Shown here: positions 46,554 through 56,635 of the stretch, piece by piece
How the letters are laid out: each line of letters starts with the position of its first letter
Numbering within the stretch: position 1 is the first letter of the stretch
From: an uncultured Bifidobacteriaceae bacterium
GTDB lineage: Bacteria > Actinomycetota > Actinomycetes > S36-B12
DNA: 64,000 nt
Assembly (NCBI GenBank): GCA_964597445.1
Contig: CAZQXO010000001.1
Location: 46,978 to 110,977, forward strand
Direction: 5' to 3'
Program-made: the position numbers and the translations under genes
The notes under the pieces: generated by a model
Database searches by the model: none
Seen by the model: the letters and a program-made list of their open reading frames with translations, nothing else
What the model was told of the DNA's origin: nothing

Positions 46554-47534
46554 TCACCGCCTCTGAGCCCATCCGGCCTCGGGATACCCGAGACAGGGGG
46601 CCGAGGCATCGTCCAGGGCCGCCGTGATCTCGTCAGGCAGCTCGAGCTCATCGGATCCCAACGCCGCCACGAGCTGGTGCACCGTGCGCGCCCCGAGAAT
46701 GGGCGCCACGACTCCTGGGCGGTCGCGCAGCCAGGCAAGGGAGACCTCGGCAGGCGAGGCTCCCAGGCCCTCCGCCGCCGTGGCGACCGCATCGACGATC
46801 CGACGGGCCCGATCGTCGAGGTACGCCTGCACGAAGCCCGCGGTCTCAGGATGGGCACCTCGTGAGTCCAGGGGCAGACTGTGCCGGTACTTTCCGGTCA
46901 AGACACCACGTCCCAGCGGTGACCACGCCAGGATCCCGAGTCCCAGTGCTTGAGCTGCGGGAACGATCTCGCGCTCGATTCCCCGCTCCAGCAGCGAGTA
47001 CTCCATCTGGGCGCTGATCACAGGAGTGCGACCGCTCGCCTCCTGATAGGTGCACGCCCGAGCCGTCTGCCAGCCCGAGAAGTTGGAGATGCCGACGTAG
47101 CGCACCTTCCCCGAGGCGACCGCCGCATCAGCGGCCGCGAGCGTCTCCTCCATCGGCGTCCACGGATCCCATGCGTGCAGCGTCCACAGGTCGATGGTGT
47201 CTGTGCGAAGACGGGTCAGGGACCCTTCGAGGCTGCGGAGGAGGTGGACCCGCGACGTGTTGACGCGGCGCCCCGGGCCCGGCACGGCGCCCGCCTTCGT
47301 CGAGACGATGACGTCATCGCGCACCTCGTACTCCTCGAGGAGCTCGCCCAGCAGTGCCTCAGCGCCCCCGTCGGAGTAGCTGTCAGCGGTGTCGATCAGG
47401 GTTCCGCCGGCGTCCAGGAAGGCCGCAAGCTGATCGCGCGCGTCGTACTCGTCGGTGCCGCGTGTCCAGGTGCCGGTGCCGAGTGCCATCCGGCCCACCC
47501 AGACACCGGACCTTCCCAGAGGCCGCTTCTGCAT
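46554..47534 (-). CDS. Aldo/keto reductase
   Basis: 326 aa. Motifs: LGRSGVWVGRMALGTGTW, IDTADSYSDGGAE, DLWTLHAWD, GISNFSGWQ. Confidence 0.85.
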   Translation of the reverse strand: MQKRPLGRSGVWVGRMALGTGTWTRGTDEYDARDQLAAFLDAGGTLIDTADSYSDGGAEALLGELLEEYEVRDDVIVSTKAGAVPGPGRRVNTSRVHLLRSLEGSLTRLRTDTIDLWTLHAWDPWTPMEETLAAADAAVASGKVRYVGISNFSGWQTARACTYQEASGRTPVISAQMEYSLLERGIEREIVPAAQALGLGILAWSPLGRGVLTGKYRHSLPLDSRGAHPETAGFVQAYLDDRARRIVDAVATAAEGLGASPAEVSLAWLRDRPGVVAPILGARTVHQLVAALGSDELELPDEITAALDDASAPCLGYPEAGWAQRR

Positions 47535-47601
47535 ACCGGCACGCTACCTCGCGCGCGAGGCCTCAACCCCTAGGCTCGCGGTGTCGAGAAGGGACGTGCG
47601 C

Positions 47602-48648
47602 ATGAAACTCGGGCTCAATCTCGGGTACTGGGGTGCTGGCAATGACGCCGACAACCTCGTGCTCGCACAGGATGCTGACCAGCTGGGCTACTCGGTCGTG
47701 TGGGCTGCCGAGGCCTACGGATCGGACGCCGCCACCGTCCTCACCTGGGTCGCCGCGCAGACGAGTCGGATCGATGTCGGCTCGGCCGTCTTCCAGATCC
47801 CGGGCCGCACTCCGGCCAACACGGCCATGACCGCCGCCACACTGGACACCCTGTCGGGAGGACGGTTCCGGCTCGGCTTGGGCGTGTCCGGTCCCCAGGT
47901 GTCCGAGGGGTGGCACGGGGTCCGCTTCGACAAGCCGCTCGGACGCACCCGCGAGTACGTCGACATCGTGCGCATGGCACTGGCGCGTGAGCGGGTCCGC
48001 TACGACGGGGAATTCTTCACCCTGCCGTTGCCGGATGGTCCCGGCAAGGCGCTCACCCTGACGGTCCATCCGGTTCGCGACCGCATTCCGATCTATCTGG
48101 CGGCGATCGGACCCAAGAACATGGAACTCGCCGGTGAGATCGCCGATGGCTGGCTCGCCATCTTCTTCTCGCCCGAGCATGCGAGCGAGATCATGGCGCC
48201 GCTGATCGCCGGTCGGGCGAAGTCGGGACAGGACATGGCGGGCTACGACGTCGTTCCGACTGTGCCGGTGGTCCTCGGAGACGATCCTGTTGCTTGCGCA
48301 GACCCGGTTCGCTTCTACTCCGCCCTGTACATAGGAGGCATGGGCAGTCGCGAGCGGAACTTCTACCACCAGCTCGCCTGTCGAATGGGCTATGAGGACG
48401 CCGCCGGCCAGATCCAGGATCACTACCTGGCGAAGGAGTACGACCAGGCCATGGCCTCCGTTCCCTTCGAGTTCATGGACCGCACGTCACTGCTCGGCCC
48501 GCCCGAGAGGGTCCGGGGGCGACTCCACGCCTACGCGGATGCCGGTGTCACCACGCTGAGCCTGGGTCTGTACGCGGGCGATCTCGAGGAGCGTCGCCGA
48601 ACCCTGCGCGTCATGGCCGAGCTGCTGGACGAGTCCGGGCTGGCCTGA
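47602..48648 (+). CDS. LLM-class (luciferase-like) F420-dependent oxidoreductase
   Basis: ATG 47602 (MKLGLNLGYWGAG...). Motifs: GYSVVWAAEAYGSDA, RFRLGLGVSGPQV. Confidence 0.8.
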   Translation: MKLGLNLGYWGAGNDADNLVLAQDADQLGYSVVWAAEAYGSDAATVLTWVAAQTSRIDVGSAVFQIPGRTPANTAMTAATLDTLSGGRFRLGLGVSGPQVSEGWHGVRFDKPLGRTREYVDIVRMALARERVRYDGEFFTLPLPDGPGKALTLTVHPVRDRIPIYLAAIGPKNMELAGEIADGWLAIFFSPEHASEIMAPLIAGRAKSGQDMAGYDVVPTVPVVLGDDPVACADPVRFYSALYIGGMGSRERNFYHQLACRMGYEDAAGQIQDHYLAKEYDQAMASVPFEFMDRTSLLGPPERVRGRLHAYADAGVTTLSLGLYAGDLEERRRTLRVMAELLDESGLA

Positions 48649-48650
48649 CG

Positions 48651-49469
48651 GTGACCTGGTTCGAGGCAATCGTCCTCGGCGTGGTGCAGGGCCTGACCGA
48701 GTTCCTCCCCATCTCGTCCAGCGGGCACCTGCTGGTTCTGTCCCAGTTGCTCGGCTGGGATGATCCGGGAGCGGCCTTCACCGCCGTGACGCAGATCGGC
48801 ACCGAGACGGCCGTGATCCTGTACTTCCGCCGGGAGATCGCCGCGATCGTCCGGGCCTGGGCACGATCCATCGTGAACGCGGACGCGCGCCAGGATCCCG
48901 ATGCGCGCATGGGGTGGCTCGTCATCATCGGGACGCTGCCCATCGGTGTCCTGGGTCTCGTCTTCGCCCACCAGATCGAGACGGTCGCGCGGAATCTCTG
49001 GCTCACGGCCACCATGATGATCGTCTTCGGTGTCGTCCTCGGTCTCGCGGATGCACTGGGTCGGCGCGTCAAGACCGAGCGAGACATCACCCTCCGAGAC
49101 GGACTGGTCTTCGGATTCGCCCAGGCCCTCGCCTTGATCCCCGGGGTCTCCCGATCCGGAGCCACCATCTCCGCCGGGCTTGCCATGGGCTACACCCGTG
49201 GCGCAGCTGCCCGGTATGCCTTCCTGCTGGCCATCCCGGCCGTCCTCGCTTCAGGACTGTTCGAGGCTCGCAAGATCGGCACCGAGACCGCCGTCGAGTG
49301 GGGACCGACACTCCTCGCGACCGCCATCGCCTTCGTCATTGGCCTCGGCGTCATCGCCTGGCTCATGCGCTGGCTCACGACGCGGACGTACCTTCCCTTC
49401 GTCATCTACCGCATCGGCCTGGGTGTGGTCCTGATCGTTCTCCTCATGACCGGGGTCCTGCAGGCCTGA
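48651..49469 (+). CDS. uppP: Undecaprenyl-diphosphate phosphatase
   Basis: 272 aa. Motifs: GVVQGLTEFLPISSSGHL, IPGVSRSGATI. Confidence 0.92.
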   Translation: MTWFEAIVLGVVQGLTEFLPISSSGHLLVLSQLLGWDDPGAAFTAVTQIGTETAVILYFRREIAAIVRAWARSIVNADARQDPDARMGWLVIIGTLPIGVLGLVFAHQIETVARNLWLTATMMIVFGVVLGLADALGRRVKTERDITLRDGLVFGFAQALALIPGVSRSGATISAGLAMGYTRGAAARYAFLLAIPAVLASGLFEARKIGTETAVEWGPTLLATAIAFVIGLGVIAWLMRWLTTRTYLPFVIYRIGLGVVLIVLLMTGVLQA

Positions 49470-50477
49470 TCAGAGCCAGCCGGACTTGCGGAAACCCCGG
49501 TAGAGGAGCACACAGGCTGTTCCCATGAGCGCCAGCACAGCTGGGTAGCCGAAGGTCCAGTGCAGCTCCGGCATGGTGTCGAAGTTCATGCCGTAGATGG
49601 CGGCGATGGCGGTGGGCACCACGCCGATGGCGACCCACGCGGAGATCTTCCGCATGTCACGGTTCTGCTGCAGGTCCTGGAGACTCGTGGATGCCATGAG
49701 CATGGCCAGCAGGAGACTGTCGTGCGTCTCTGTCGCGTCGTGGGCCCGCAGCAGGTGGTCTCCGATGTCCCGGAAATGGGGGCGCAGGCCCGGCGAAAGC
49801 CAGGAGAGCTCCTCGGTGACCGCATCGTGCGCCCATTCCACAAGCGGCTGCACGGCTCGTCGAATCTCCACATTCTCCCGCTTGAGGCGGTAGATCCTGT
49901 TGGTCATCTCGCTGGACGGGTCTTGCGAGAAGATCTCGGTCTCAAGGGCCTCCACGTCTACGGTGACCTCGGATGTCACCTCCAGGTAGCCATCGACCAC
50001 TCGGTCCAGGACTGTGTAGAGCACCGAGACTGCCCCCATCGCGCGCAACTCGGCATCCGACTCCAGCCGGTGGCGCATGTCCGTGAGATCGGCGGTGCGC
50101 CCGTGTCGGATGGTGAGGGCGAACCCGCGTCCGAGAATCACGGAGATCTGTCCGGTGAGGACGTCCGAGGTCGAGTCGACGTAGTCGAGCACCTTCAGCA
50201 CGGCCAGGCCGTGCCCGGTGTCACCGATCTCGAACTTGGGACGCTGCTCCGCGTTCGCCGCGTCCTCCATCTGGAAGCGAGGCACCTGAAAGATGTCACC
50301 CACCATGTCCAGTTCGCCCTGGGTCGGCTCGAAGAGTCCGACCCAGACGAAGCCATCGTCCTGGCCGATGCGAGCATGCAGCTCTCGGAGCAGGATCTCC
50401 GGTCGGGCATCGTCCGGCCGCTCCCCGCTGTCTGCCTCCGATACCGGAAGCACCTCGTGGGAGGTGTACCAGCCCAT
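49470..50477 (-). CDS. corA: CorA-family Mg2+/Co2+ transporter
   Basis: Start at ATG 50477 (GTG 50489 is the alternative); the ORF-track extension to 51098 is antisense to the next gene. The C-terminus has two TM helices and the YGMNFDTMPE motif. Confidence 0.85.
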   Translation of the reverse strand: MGWYTSHEVLPVSEADSGERPDDARPEILLRELHARIGQDDGFVWVGLFEPTQGELDMVGDIFQVPRFQMEDAANAEQRPKFEIGDTGHGLAVLKVLDYVDSTSDVLTGQISVILGRGFALTIRHGRTADLTDMRHRLESDAELRAMGAVSVLYTVLDRVVDGYLEVTSEVTVDVEALETEIFSQDPSSEMTNRIYRLKRENVEIRRAVQPLVEWAHDAVTEELSWLSPGLRPHFRDIGDHLLRAHDATETHDSLLLAMLMASTSLQDLQQNRDMRKISAWVAIGVVPTAIAAIYGMNFDTMPELHWTFGYPAVLALMGTACVLLYRGFRKSGWL

Positions 50478-50534
50478 GCCCCTGATCACACGGGCATTCT
50501 GCCCCCTCGACCGCGTCAACCTAGGCTGGAGCCC

Positions 50535-51218
50535 ATGACGACGGTCCTCCTGATCCGGCATGGACGCACCACGGCCAACACCACGGGGGTCCTCGCCGGA
50601 TGGACCCCAGGGGTCCTCCTCGATGACCGGGGTCGCGAGCAGGCACGAGCCCTGGCCGATCGCCTCGCCCTCGTCCCGGTCTCCACCGCTGTGGTCTCCC
50701 CACTCGACCGCACCCGGGAGACAGCCGACATCATCCTGGCCGGCCGCGATGTCGTGACACGGCACCTCGACGACCGCATCGGCGAGTGTCACTACGGGAC
50801 ATGGACGGGAATGACTCTGAAGGAGCTGGCGCGGGATCCTCTCTGGAAGGTCGTCCAGTCCCACCCGACGGCCGCCGTGTTCCCCGAGGGCGAGTCCCTC
50901 CCAGCCATGCAGCATCGCGCAGTGGCGTGCGTTCGCGACTGGAACCGGACACTGGGGCCGGAAGCCATCTACGCTGTGGTGAGTCACGGCGACGTGATCA
51001 AGGCCATCCTCGCGGATGCTCTGGGTCTTCACTTGGATCACTTCCAGCGCATCAGCGTCGATCCCTGCTCGGTGAGCGTCATCCACTACACCGAGCACCG
51101 ACCCTTCGTGGAGCGCATGAACGACACCGGGGGATCCCTCGCCGGCCTGGCACCGAAGAAGGCTCGTCGATCGCGTCGTCGCAGCGACGCTGCTGTCGGA
51201 GGAGGAGCCGGGTCATGA
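50535..51218 (+). CDS. Histidine phosphatase family protein (recalled as MSMEG_4193-type putative phosphomutase)
   Basis: ATG 50535 (MTTVLLIRHGRTTANT...). Motifs: SPLDRTRETA, VVSHGDVIKA. The C-terminal tail is basic. Confidence 0.8.
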   Translation: MTTVLLIRHGRTTANTTGVLAGWTPGVLLDDRGREQARALADRLALVPVSTAVVSPLDRTRETADIILAGRDVVTRHLDDRIGECHYGTWTGMTLKELARDPLWKVVQSHPTAAVFPEGESLPAMQHRAVACVRDWNRTLGPEAIYAVVSHGDVIKAILADALGLHLDHFQRISVDPCSVSVIHYTEHRPFVERMNDTGGSLAGLAPKKARRSRRRSDAAVGGGAGS

Positions 51219-51778
51219 CTCGACACGTCATCGACTACCAGGCTCCGGATCGGGCTGTCGTCGGCACCGTGGGGCAGCCCGGCGAGCGCACCTTCTTCCT
51301 CCAGGTCCGCGAGGGCTCCTCCCTCACCAGCGTGGTCCTCGAGAAGTCGCAGGCAGCCGCGCTGGCGGACCGCCTCGACCAGTTGCTGGACGAGGCGCGG
51401 GATCGGGGCCATGCCTCGGCCATCCCGTCCGCTGCCTCTGCCCTGGACCGCGATTCCGCGGCCCTCGACGCGCCTATCGTCGAGGAGTTCCGGGTCGGTG
51501 CGATGGCCCTGGGATGGGACGAGGCGCATGAGCAGGTGGTCGTCGAGGCCCACAGTGTCATGACCGACCAGCAGAGCATCCCCGAGATCGGAGACGATTC
51601 CGAGGAGGGTCCCGACACCCTCCGGTTCCGGCTCACGGCCTCGGCAGCGCGCGCGTTCGCCGAGCGCACGCGCACCGTGGTCGCGGCTGGTCGGCCACCG
51701 TGCCCCTTCTGCAGCCAGCCACTCGATCCCGAGGGTCACATCTGCCCCCGTGCGAACGGCTACCGGCGTCGGGCATGA
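51215..51778 (+). CDS. Conserved protein (recalled as DUF3090) with C-terminal CxxC...HxC knuckle
   Basis: ATG 51215 (ATGA overlap). Motifs: GQPGERTFFLQV, and C-terminal GRPPCPFCSQPLDPEGHICPRANGY. Confidence 0.68.
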   Translation: MTRHVIDYQAPDRAVVGTVGQPGERTFFLQVREGSSLTSVVLEKSQAAALADRLDQLLDEARDRGHASAIPSAASALDRDSAALDAPIVEEFRVGAMALGWDEAHEQVVVEAHSVMTDQQSIPEIGDDSEEGPDTLRFRLTASAARAFAERTRTVVAAGRPPCPFCSQPLDPEGHICPRANGYRRRA

Positions 51779-52587
51779 GCCCGTCCGCCACGTTGGGCCC
51801 CCTGGATCCCGGCGCACGCGAGGTCCTGTCCTCTGGAGAGATCTCGGTCCTGGGTCAGGTGTCGACCGCGTCGAACGCCACTCTCCTGTGCGATGTCACC
51901 GAGGGAGGCGTGACGATGCGCTGCGTTGTCAAGCCTGTCCGTGGGGAACGCCCGCTGTGGGACTTCCCCGCGTGGACGCTCAGCGGGCGCGAGGTGAGCA
52001 CGTACGCCATGGCCCGACACCTCGGATGGCCGCACGTCCCCACCACCGTCTGGCGCGAGGACACACCGGTGGGACCGGCCATGTGCCAGGCCTGGATCGA
52101 GCAGGAGCCCGACAGTCGGCCGGTCGGGGTGTTCGACCCGGACGGCGTCCCCGACTCGTGGATTCCGATCCTCCGCGCTGAGGACGGTGACGGCAGGCCG
52201 GTCATCCTCGCTCACAGTGGCGAGCCGGATCTGCTTCGCATGGCCCTCTTCGACGCGGTCGTCAACAATGCCGACCGCAAGGGCGGGCACGTCCTCGCAG
52301 ACGGCATGGGAGGCGTGTGGGCGATCGACCACGGGGTCTGCTTCTCGGAGGAGCCGAAGCTGCGCACGGTCCTGTGGGGTTGGGCGGGTGACCCGATTCC
52401 GGATGCCCTTCTCGAGGAACTCGTGCGCCTGTCGCAGGATCTCGCATCCGGCTTGGACGACGTGGACCGGTGGCTGCTTCCTCCGGAGCGGATCGCGCTG
52501 CGGGAACGGGTGGGGGAGTTGATCCGGACGGAGCGGTTCCCGGAGCCGAGTGGGGAGTGGCCTGCGGTTCCCTGGCCGGTCTTCTGA
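51775..52587 (+). CDS. SCO1664-family protein (kinase-like catalytic-loop motifs)
   Basis: ATG 51775 (ATGA overlap). Motifs: VVKPVRGERPLWDFP, DAVVNNADRKGGHVL, WAIDHGVCF. Confidence 0.68.
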   Translation: MSPSATLGPLDPGAREVLSSGEISVLGQVSTASNATLLCDVTEGGVTMRCVVKPVRGERPLWDFPAWTLSGREVSTYAMARHLGWPHVPTTVWREDTPVGPAMCQAWIEQEPDSRPVGVFDPDGVPDSWIPILRAEDGDGRPVILAHSGEPDLLRMALFDAVVNNADRKGGHVLADGMGGVWAIDHGVCFSEEPKLRTVLWGWAGDPIPDALLEELVRLSQDLASGLDDVDRWLLPPERIALRERVGELIRTERFPEPSGEWPAVPWPVF

Positions 52588-52620
52588 GAAGACCGGTCCG
52601 TGGGTTGGCCGGTCTTCTGA
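52573..52620 (+). repeat. 15-nt direct repeat TGGCCGGTCTTCTGA (x2, 33 nt apart, in frame) flanking the inverted copy GAAGACCGG; the first stop codon sits in a hairpin loop
   Basis: Copy 1 is at 52573-52587 (the last 4 codons plus the TGA of the SCO1664-family gene) and copy 2 at 52606-52620. CCGGTCTTC (52576-84)-TGA-GAAGACCGG (52588-96) forms a perfect 9-bp stem. GAAGACCGG can alternatively pair with CCGGTCTTC at 52609-17. Confidence 0.6.
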
Positions 52621-52651
52621 CGGCGGGGTGCGGCCGAACTAGGCTGCCCCT

Positions 52652-53881
52652 GTGAAGGCCTGGCCGATGCCCGAGGTTCCCCGACTGCCCGGGCAGGGAC
52701 CGGCACTGACGCTGTTCGACACGCGTGACCAGCGCGAAAGAGCCACCAATCCCGGCCCGACCGCTCGCATGTACGTCTGCGGCATCACCCCGTACGACGC
52801 CACCCACATGGGGCATGCCTTCACCTATGTCACGTTCGATCTGATCCACCGCTACTGGCGGGACGCGGGCCATGACGTCCACTACGTGCAGAACGTGACC
52901 GACATCGATGACCCGCTCCTCGAGCGAGCGGTGGCCACCGGCGAGGACTGGCGCTCGATTGCCGACCGGGAGACGGCCCTCTTCCGCGAGGACATGGAAG
53001 CGCTTCGGGTGCTGCCCCCTCGCGACTACATCGGCGCCGTCGAGTCCATACCCTCCGTCGCCCGATACGTGCAGGAGCTTCAGTCAAGCGGAGCCGTGTA
53101 CGCCGTGGACGACGACCTGTACTTCCGGGTCAGCAAGGACCCCGGTTTCGGCTCGGTCAGCAGGGCAACGCGAGAGGCCATGGAGACCGTCTTCGCGGAA
53201 CGCGGGGGTGATCCCCATCGACCCGGCAAGGAGGATCCGCTCGACTGCCTCGTCTGGCAGTCGGAGCGTCCGGATGAGCCGGCATGGGACACGCCCCTGG
53301 GACATGGCCGGCCTGGATGGCACATCGAGTGCACCGCCATCGCCCTCGACCATCTGGGCATGGGCTTCGATGTGCAGGGCGGTGGCTCGGACCTCGTCTT
53401 CCCCCACCACGAGATGTGCGCGGCCGAGGCACATGTGATCACGGGCACCACCCCGTTCGCGCACCACTACGTGCACTCGGGCATGGTGGCCTGGCAAGGT
53501 CACAAGATGTCCAAGTCCCGCGGCAACCTCGTCTTCGTCTCTCAGCTTCGGCACGAGGGCGTGGATCCCGCGGCCATCCGACTGGCCCTGCTGGCGCACC
53601 ACTATCGATCCGATTGGGCCTGGACCCCTCAGGGACTTCAGGGCGCCGTCGACCGGCTGGCCCTCTGGCGATCCGCCGCCGAGCGCGATCGCGGACCTGA
53701 GGGCCACGCACTCGTGGCGAGGATCCGCACCGCGCTCGCCAACGACCTACGCACGCCCGCTGCTCTCGACGCGCTCGACGACTGGGCCGTGGCCGCATCC
53801 CGCGGGCAGGGGGATGATCCTCAGGCCCCCACAGTCATGCGGAACGCGTGCGATGCGCTGTTGGGCGTGGCGCTCTCCTGA
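52652..53881 (+). CDS. mshC: L-cysteine:1D-myo-inositol 2-amino-2-deoxy-alpha-D-glucopyranoside ligase (mycothiol biosynthesis)
   Basis: GTG 52652 ([23 protein letters not shown]...). [16 protein letters not shown] is the HIGH motif and KMSKSRGN the KMSKS motif. At ~409 aa it lacks the CysRS anticodon domain, which fits the MshC pattern. Confidence 0.9.
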   Translation: MKAWPMPEVPRLPGQGPALTLFDTRDQRERATNPGPTARMYVCGITPYDATHMGHAFTYVTFDLIHRYWRDAGHDVHYVQNVTDIDDPLLERAVATGEDWRSIADRETALFREDMEALRVLPPRDYIGAVESIPSVARYVQELQSSGAVYAVDDDLYFRVSKDPGFGSVSRATREAMETVFAERGGDPHRPGKEDPLDCLVWQSERPDEPAWDTPLGHGRPGWHIECTAIALDHLGMGFDVQGGGSDLVFPHHEMCAAEAHVITGTTPFAHHYVHSGMVAWQGHKMSKSRGNLVFVSQLRHEGVDPAAIRLALLAHHYRSDWAWTPQGLQGAVDRLALWRSAAERDRGPEGHALVARIRTALANDLRTPAALDALDDWAVAASRGQGDDPQAPTVMRNACDALLGVALS

Positions 53882-53884
53882 CGC

Positions 53885-54934
53885 TCAGTCGCTCTTCTCA
53901 TCGTGCCCGCCGAACTCCTTGCGCATGGCACTGAGCACCCGTCCGGCGAACACACCTGACCCCTGTGATTCGAAGCGCTCGTAGAGGGCCGACGTCAGGA
54001 CCGGCGCGGGCACGCCCTCCTCGATGGCAGCGATCGAGGTCCATCGTCCTTCTCCGGAATCGGAGACGCGTCCGGAGAAGCCCTCGAGCTCAGGAGAGGC
54101 ATGAAGGGCGCTGGCCGTGAGGTCGAGAAGCCAGGATCCCACGACGCTTCCTCTGCGCCACACCTCGGCGATGGCGGGGATGTCGAGGTCGTACTGGTAG
54201 TACTGCGGGTCCGACAGAGGAGCTGTCTCGGCGTCGGCGTCACGTGTGACCTTGCCCGCGTTCGCGTGCTTGAGGATGTTGAGCCCCTCGGCGTAGGCCG
54301 CCATGAGTCCGTACTCGATCCCGTTATGGACCATCTTCACGAAGTGGCCGGCTCCTGACGGCCCGCAGTGGAGCCAGCCCTGCTCCTCAGGCGTCGGTTC
54401 TCCTGTCCGTCCTGGTGTGCGCTCGGCGGACTGGATCCCGGGAGCGAGGGCGTCCCACAGCGGCGACAGGCGTGTGACCGTCGCCGTGGGGCCGCCGATC
54501 ATCAGGCAGTACCCGCGCTCGAGACCCCACACGCCGCCCGAGGTTCCGACATCGAGGTAGTCGATGCCGCGACCCGCGGCTGATGCGGAGCGCCGGATGT
54601 CGTCGCGGTAGTACGAGTTGCCGCCATCGATGATGCAGTCGCCGGGGGACAGGAGCCCGATCAGGTCCGTCACGACGCTTTCGGTGATGTGTCCTGCAGG
54701 CACCATGACCCACACCGTTCTCGGGGCCGGCAGCGCCTCCACAAGGGCGGCCAGGCTGTCCGCGCCGGTGGCCCCCTCCGACGCCAGAGCAGCCACCGCA
54801 GCCGGTTGCGGATCGAAGACCACCGCGTCATGGCCAGCAGCCATCGCACGCCGCACGAGGTTGGCACCCATGCGGCCCAGCCCGACCATGCCCAACGTCA
54901 CGCTCTTCTGCTCGGGCACCGTCTGCTCCTTCAT
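53885..54934 (-). CDS. gnd: 6-phosphogluconate dehydrogenase, short-form (decarboxylating, Gnd-like)
   Basis: The start is uncertain (ATG 54934, GTG 54919/54901, ATG 54889); the ORF-track extension to 55732 is antisense to pgi. Motifs: [37 protein letters not shown]. Confidence 0.82.
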   Translation of the reverse strand: MKEQTVPEQKSVTLGMVGLGRMGANLVRRAMAAGHDAVVFDPQPAAVAALASEGATGADSLAALVEALPAPRTVWVMVPAGHITESVVTDLIGLLSPGDCIIDGGNSYYRDDIRRSASAAGRGIDYLDVGTSGGVWGLERGYCLMIGGPTATVTRLSPLWDALAPGIQSAERTPGRTGEPTPEEQGWLHCGPSGAGHFVKMVHNGIEYGLMAAYAEGLNILKHANAGKVTRDADAETAPLSDPQYYQYDLDIPAIAEVWRRGSVVGSWLLDLTASALHASPELEGFSGRVSDSGEGRWTSIAAIEEGVPAPVLTSALYERFESQGSGVFAGRVLSAMRKEFGGHDEKSD

Positions 54935-55018
54935 CCTCAGGGTCCGGTCGTACGGCACTGTAGTGCTGCCACGAACCATCTGGTGGCATCGAGTCACGCT
55001 GTCGTGCAAGGCTGGGGC

Positions 55019-56635
55019 ATGACCGTCATCGATCCCACCAGCACCGAGGCATGGCGTGAGCTCACCGCACTCGCGGACGCATTCCAGGGCACGACGATCC
55101 GCCAGCTGATCCTCGGCGATTCGGCTCGCCCGGCGGCATTCTCGTTCGAGGGTGCGGGGCTCCACCTGGACCTCACCCGTCAGCGGGTCGACACGCGTGT
55201 TGTCGCAGCACTTCTCACGCTGGCGGGCGAGACCCGGGTGCTCGAGCGTCGAGACGAGATGCTCGCTGGCGCGCACATCAACACCTCGGAGGATCGCGCA
55301 GTCCTGCACACCGCGCTGCGCCTGCCCCGCGGTGCCAGCCTTGTGGTGGACGGCACGGATGTGGCCACCGACGTGCACGAGGTTCTCGACCGCATGGGCG
55401 CCTTCGCCGACGCTGTGCGGGAGGGCGTCTGGCGAGGAGCCACAGGGGAGCGCATCCGCTCGGTCGTCAACATCGGCATAGGCGGCTCCGATCTCGGCCC
55501 CGCTATGGCCCATCAGGCACTGGAGGCGTTCGCCGATCCCGGAATCCACTTCTATTTCGTCTCCAATGTCGACCCCACGGACATCGCTGTCGCGCTCTCG
55601 CGGTGCGACCCCGCCTCGACCCTCGTGATAGTCGCGAGCAAGACCTTCACGACCCTCGAGACCATGACGAACGCGGGCGTCGCGCGCGCCTGGCTCGTCG
55701 GTGCCCTGGGCGATCAGGCCGTCGCGCAGCACTTCGTGGCTGTGTCCACCAACGCTTCAGCGGTTGCTGACTTCGGCATCGACACCGCGAACATGTTCGG
55801 CTTCTGGGACTGGGTGGGCGGTCGCTACTCCATGGACTCCTCCATCGGGCTCAGCACCATGATCGCCATCGGCTCCGACGGCTTCCGGCAGCTTCTGGAG
55901 GGCTTCCACGCCATGGATCGCCACTTCGCCACGGCTCCGGCGCAGTCCAACCTTCCGCTGCTCATGGGCCTGGTGGCAGTCTGGAACCGGGATTTCCTCG
56001 GTATCGAGACCACAGCGGTGCTCCCGTACTCCGAATACCTCGCGCGATTCCCGGCCTACCTCCAGCAACTCACCATGGAGAGCAACGGCAAGTCGGTAAG
56101 GCTGGACGGCCAACCCGTCACCTACCCGACCGGCGCGATCTACTGGGGTGAACCAGGCACCAACGGGCAGCACTCCTTCTACCAACTGCTCCACCAGGGC
56201 ACCGACGACGTTGCCTGCGACATCATCGTGATCGCCCGCAGCGAGAACCCGCTCGGAATCCAGCAGGACATGCTGGTGGCGAACGCCCTGGCCCAAGCGG
56301 CCGTCCTGTCACTGGGGCGGACGGCCGAGGAGGTGCGGGCCGACGGCACGCCTCCCGAACTGGTTCCGCACAAGGTGATGCCCGGCAACCGGCCGACGAG
56401 CCTTGTCACCGCCAGCCGGCTCGAACCGCGAACACTGGGTGCCCTCATCGCCCTCTACGAGCACAGCGTGTTCGTTCAGGGCGCCGTGTGGGGGATCGAC
56501 TCGTTCGATCAGTGGGGTGTCGAACTGGGCAAGAAGACGGCCATGGGCATCCTCGATGACCTCGTGGGTCGGGGTACGACGACATTCGATGCCGCAACCC
56601 AGGCATCCATCGATCTGTATCGCCGGCTGCGATGA
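55019..56635 (+). CDS. pgi: Glucose-6-phosphate isomerase
   Basis: ATG 55019 ([12 protein letters not shown]...). Motifs: [45 protein letters not shown]. Confidence 0.93.
   Translation: MTVIDPTSTEAWRELTALADAFQGTTIRQLILGDSARPAAFSFEGAGLHLDLTRQRVDTRVVAALLTLAGETRVLERRDEMLAGAHINTSEDRAVLHTALRLPRGASLVVDGTDVATDVHEVLDRMGAFADAVREGVWRGATGERIRSVVNIGIGGSDLGPAMAHQALEAFADPGIHFYFVSNVDPTDIAVALSRCDPASTLVIVASKTFTTLETMTNAGVARAWLVGALGDQAVAQHFVAVSTNASAVADFGIDTANMFGFWDWVGGRYSMDSSIGLSTMIAIGSDGFRQLLEGFHAMDRHFATAPAQSNLPLLMGLVAVWNRDFLGIETTAVLPYSEYLARFPAYLQQLTMESNGKSVRLDGQPVTYPTGAIYWGEPGTNGQHSFYQLLHQGTDDVACDIIVIARSENPLGIQQDMLVANALAQAAVLSLGRTAEEVRADGTPPELVPHKVMPGNRPTSLVTASRLEPRTLGALIALYEHSVFVQGAVWGIDSFDQWGVELGKKTAMGILDDLVGRGTTTFDAATQASIDLYRRLR

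Noticed and set aside
47547-47560. 14-bp perfect palindrome CCTCGCGCGCGAGG between the divergent aldo/keto reductase and LLM oxidoreductase genes
   Set aside because: It is pure GC in a GC-rich genome, so it is fairly likely by chance. It has no flanking promoter-like elements and I saw no second copy. It is kept only as a note.
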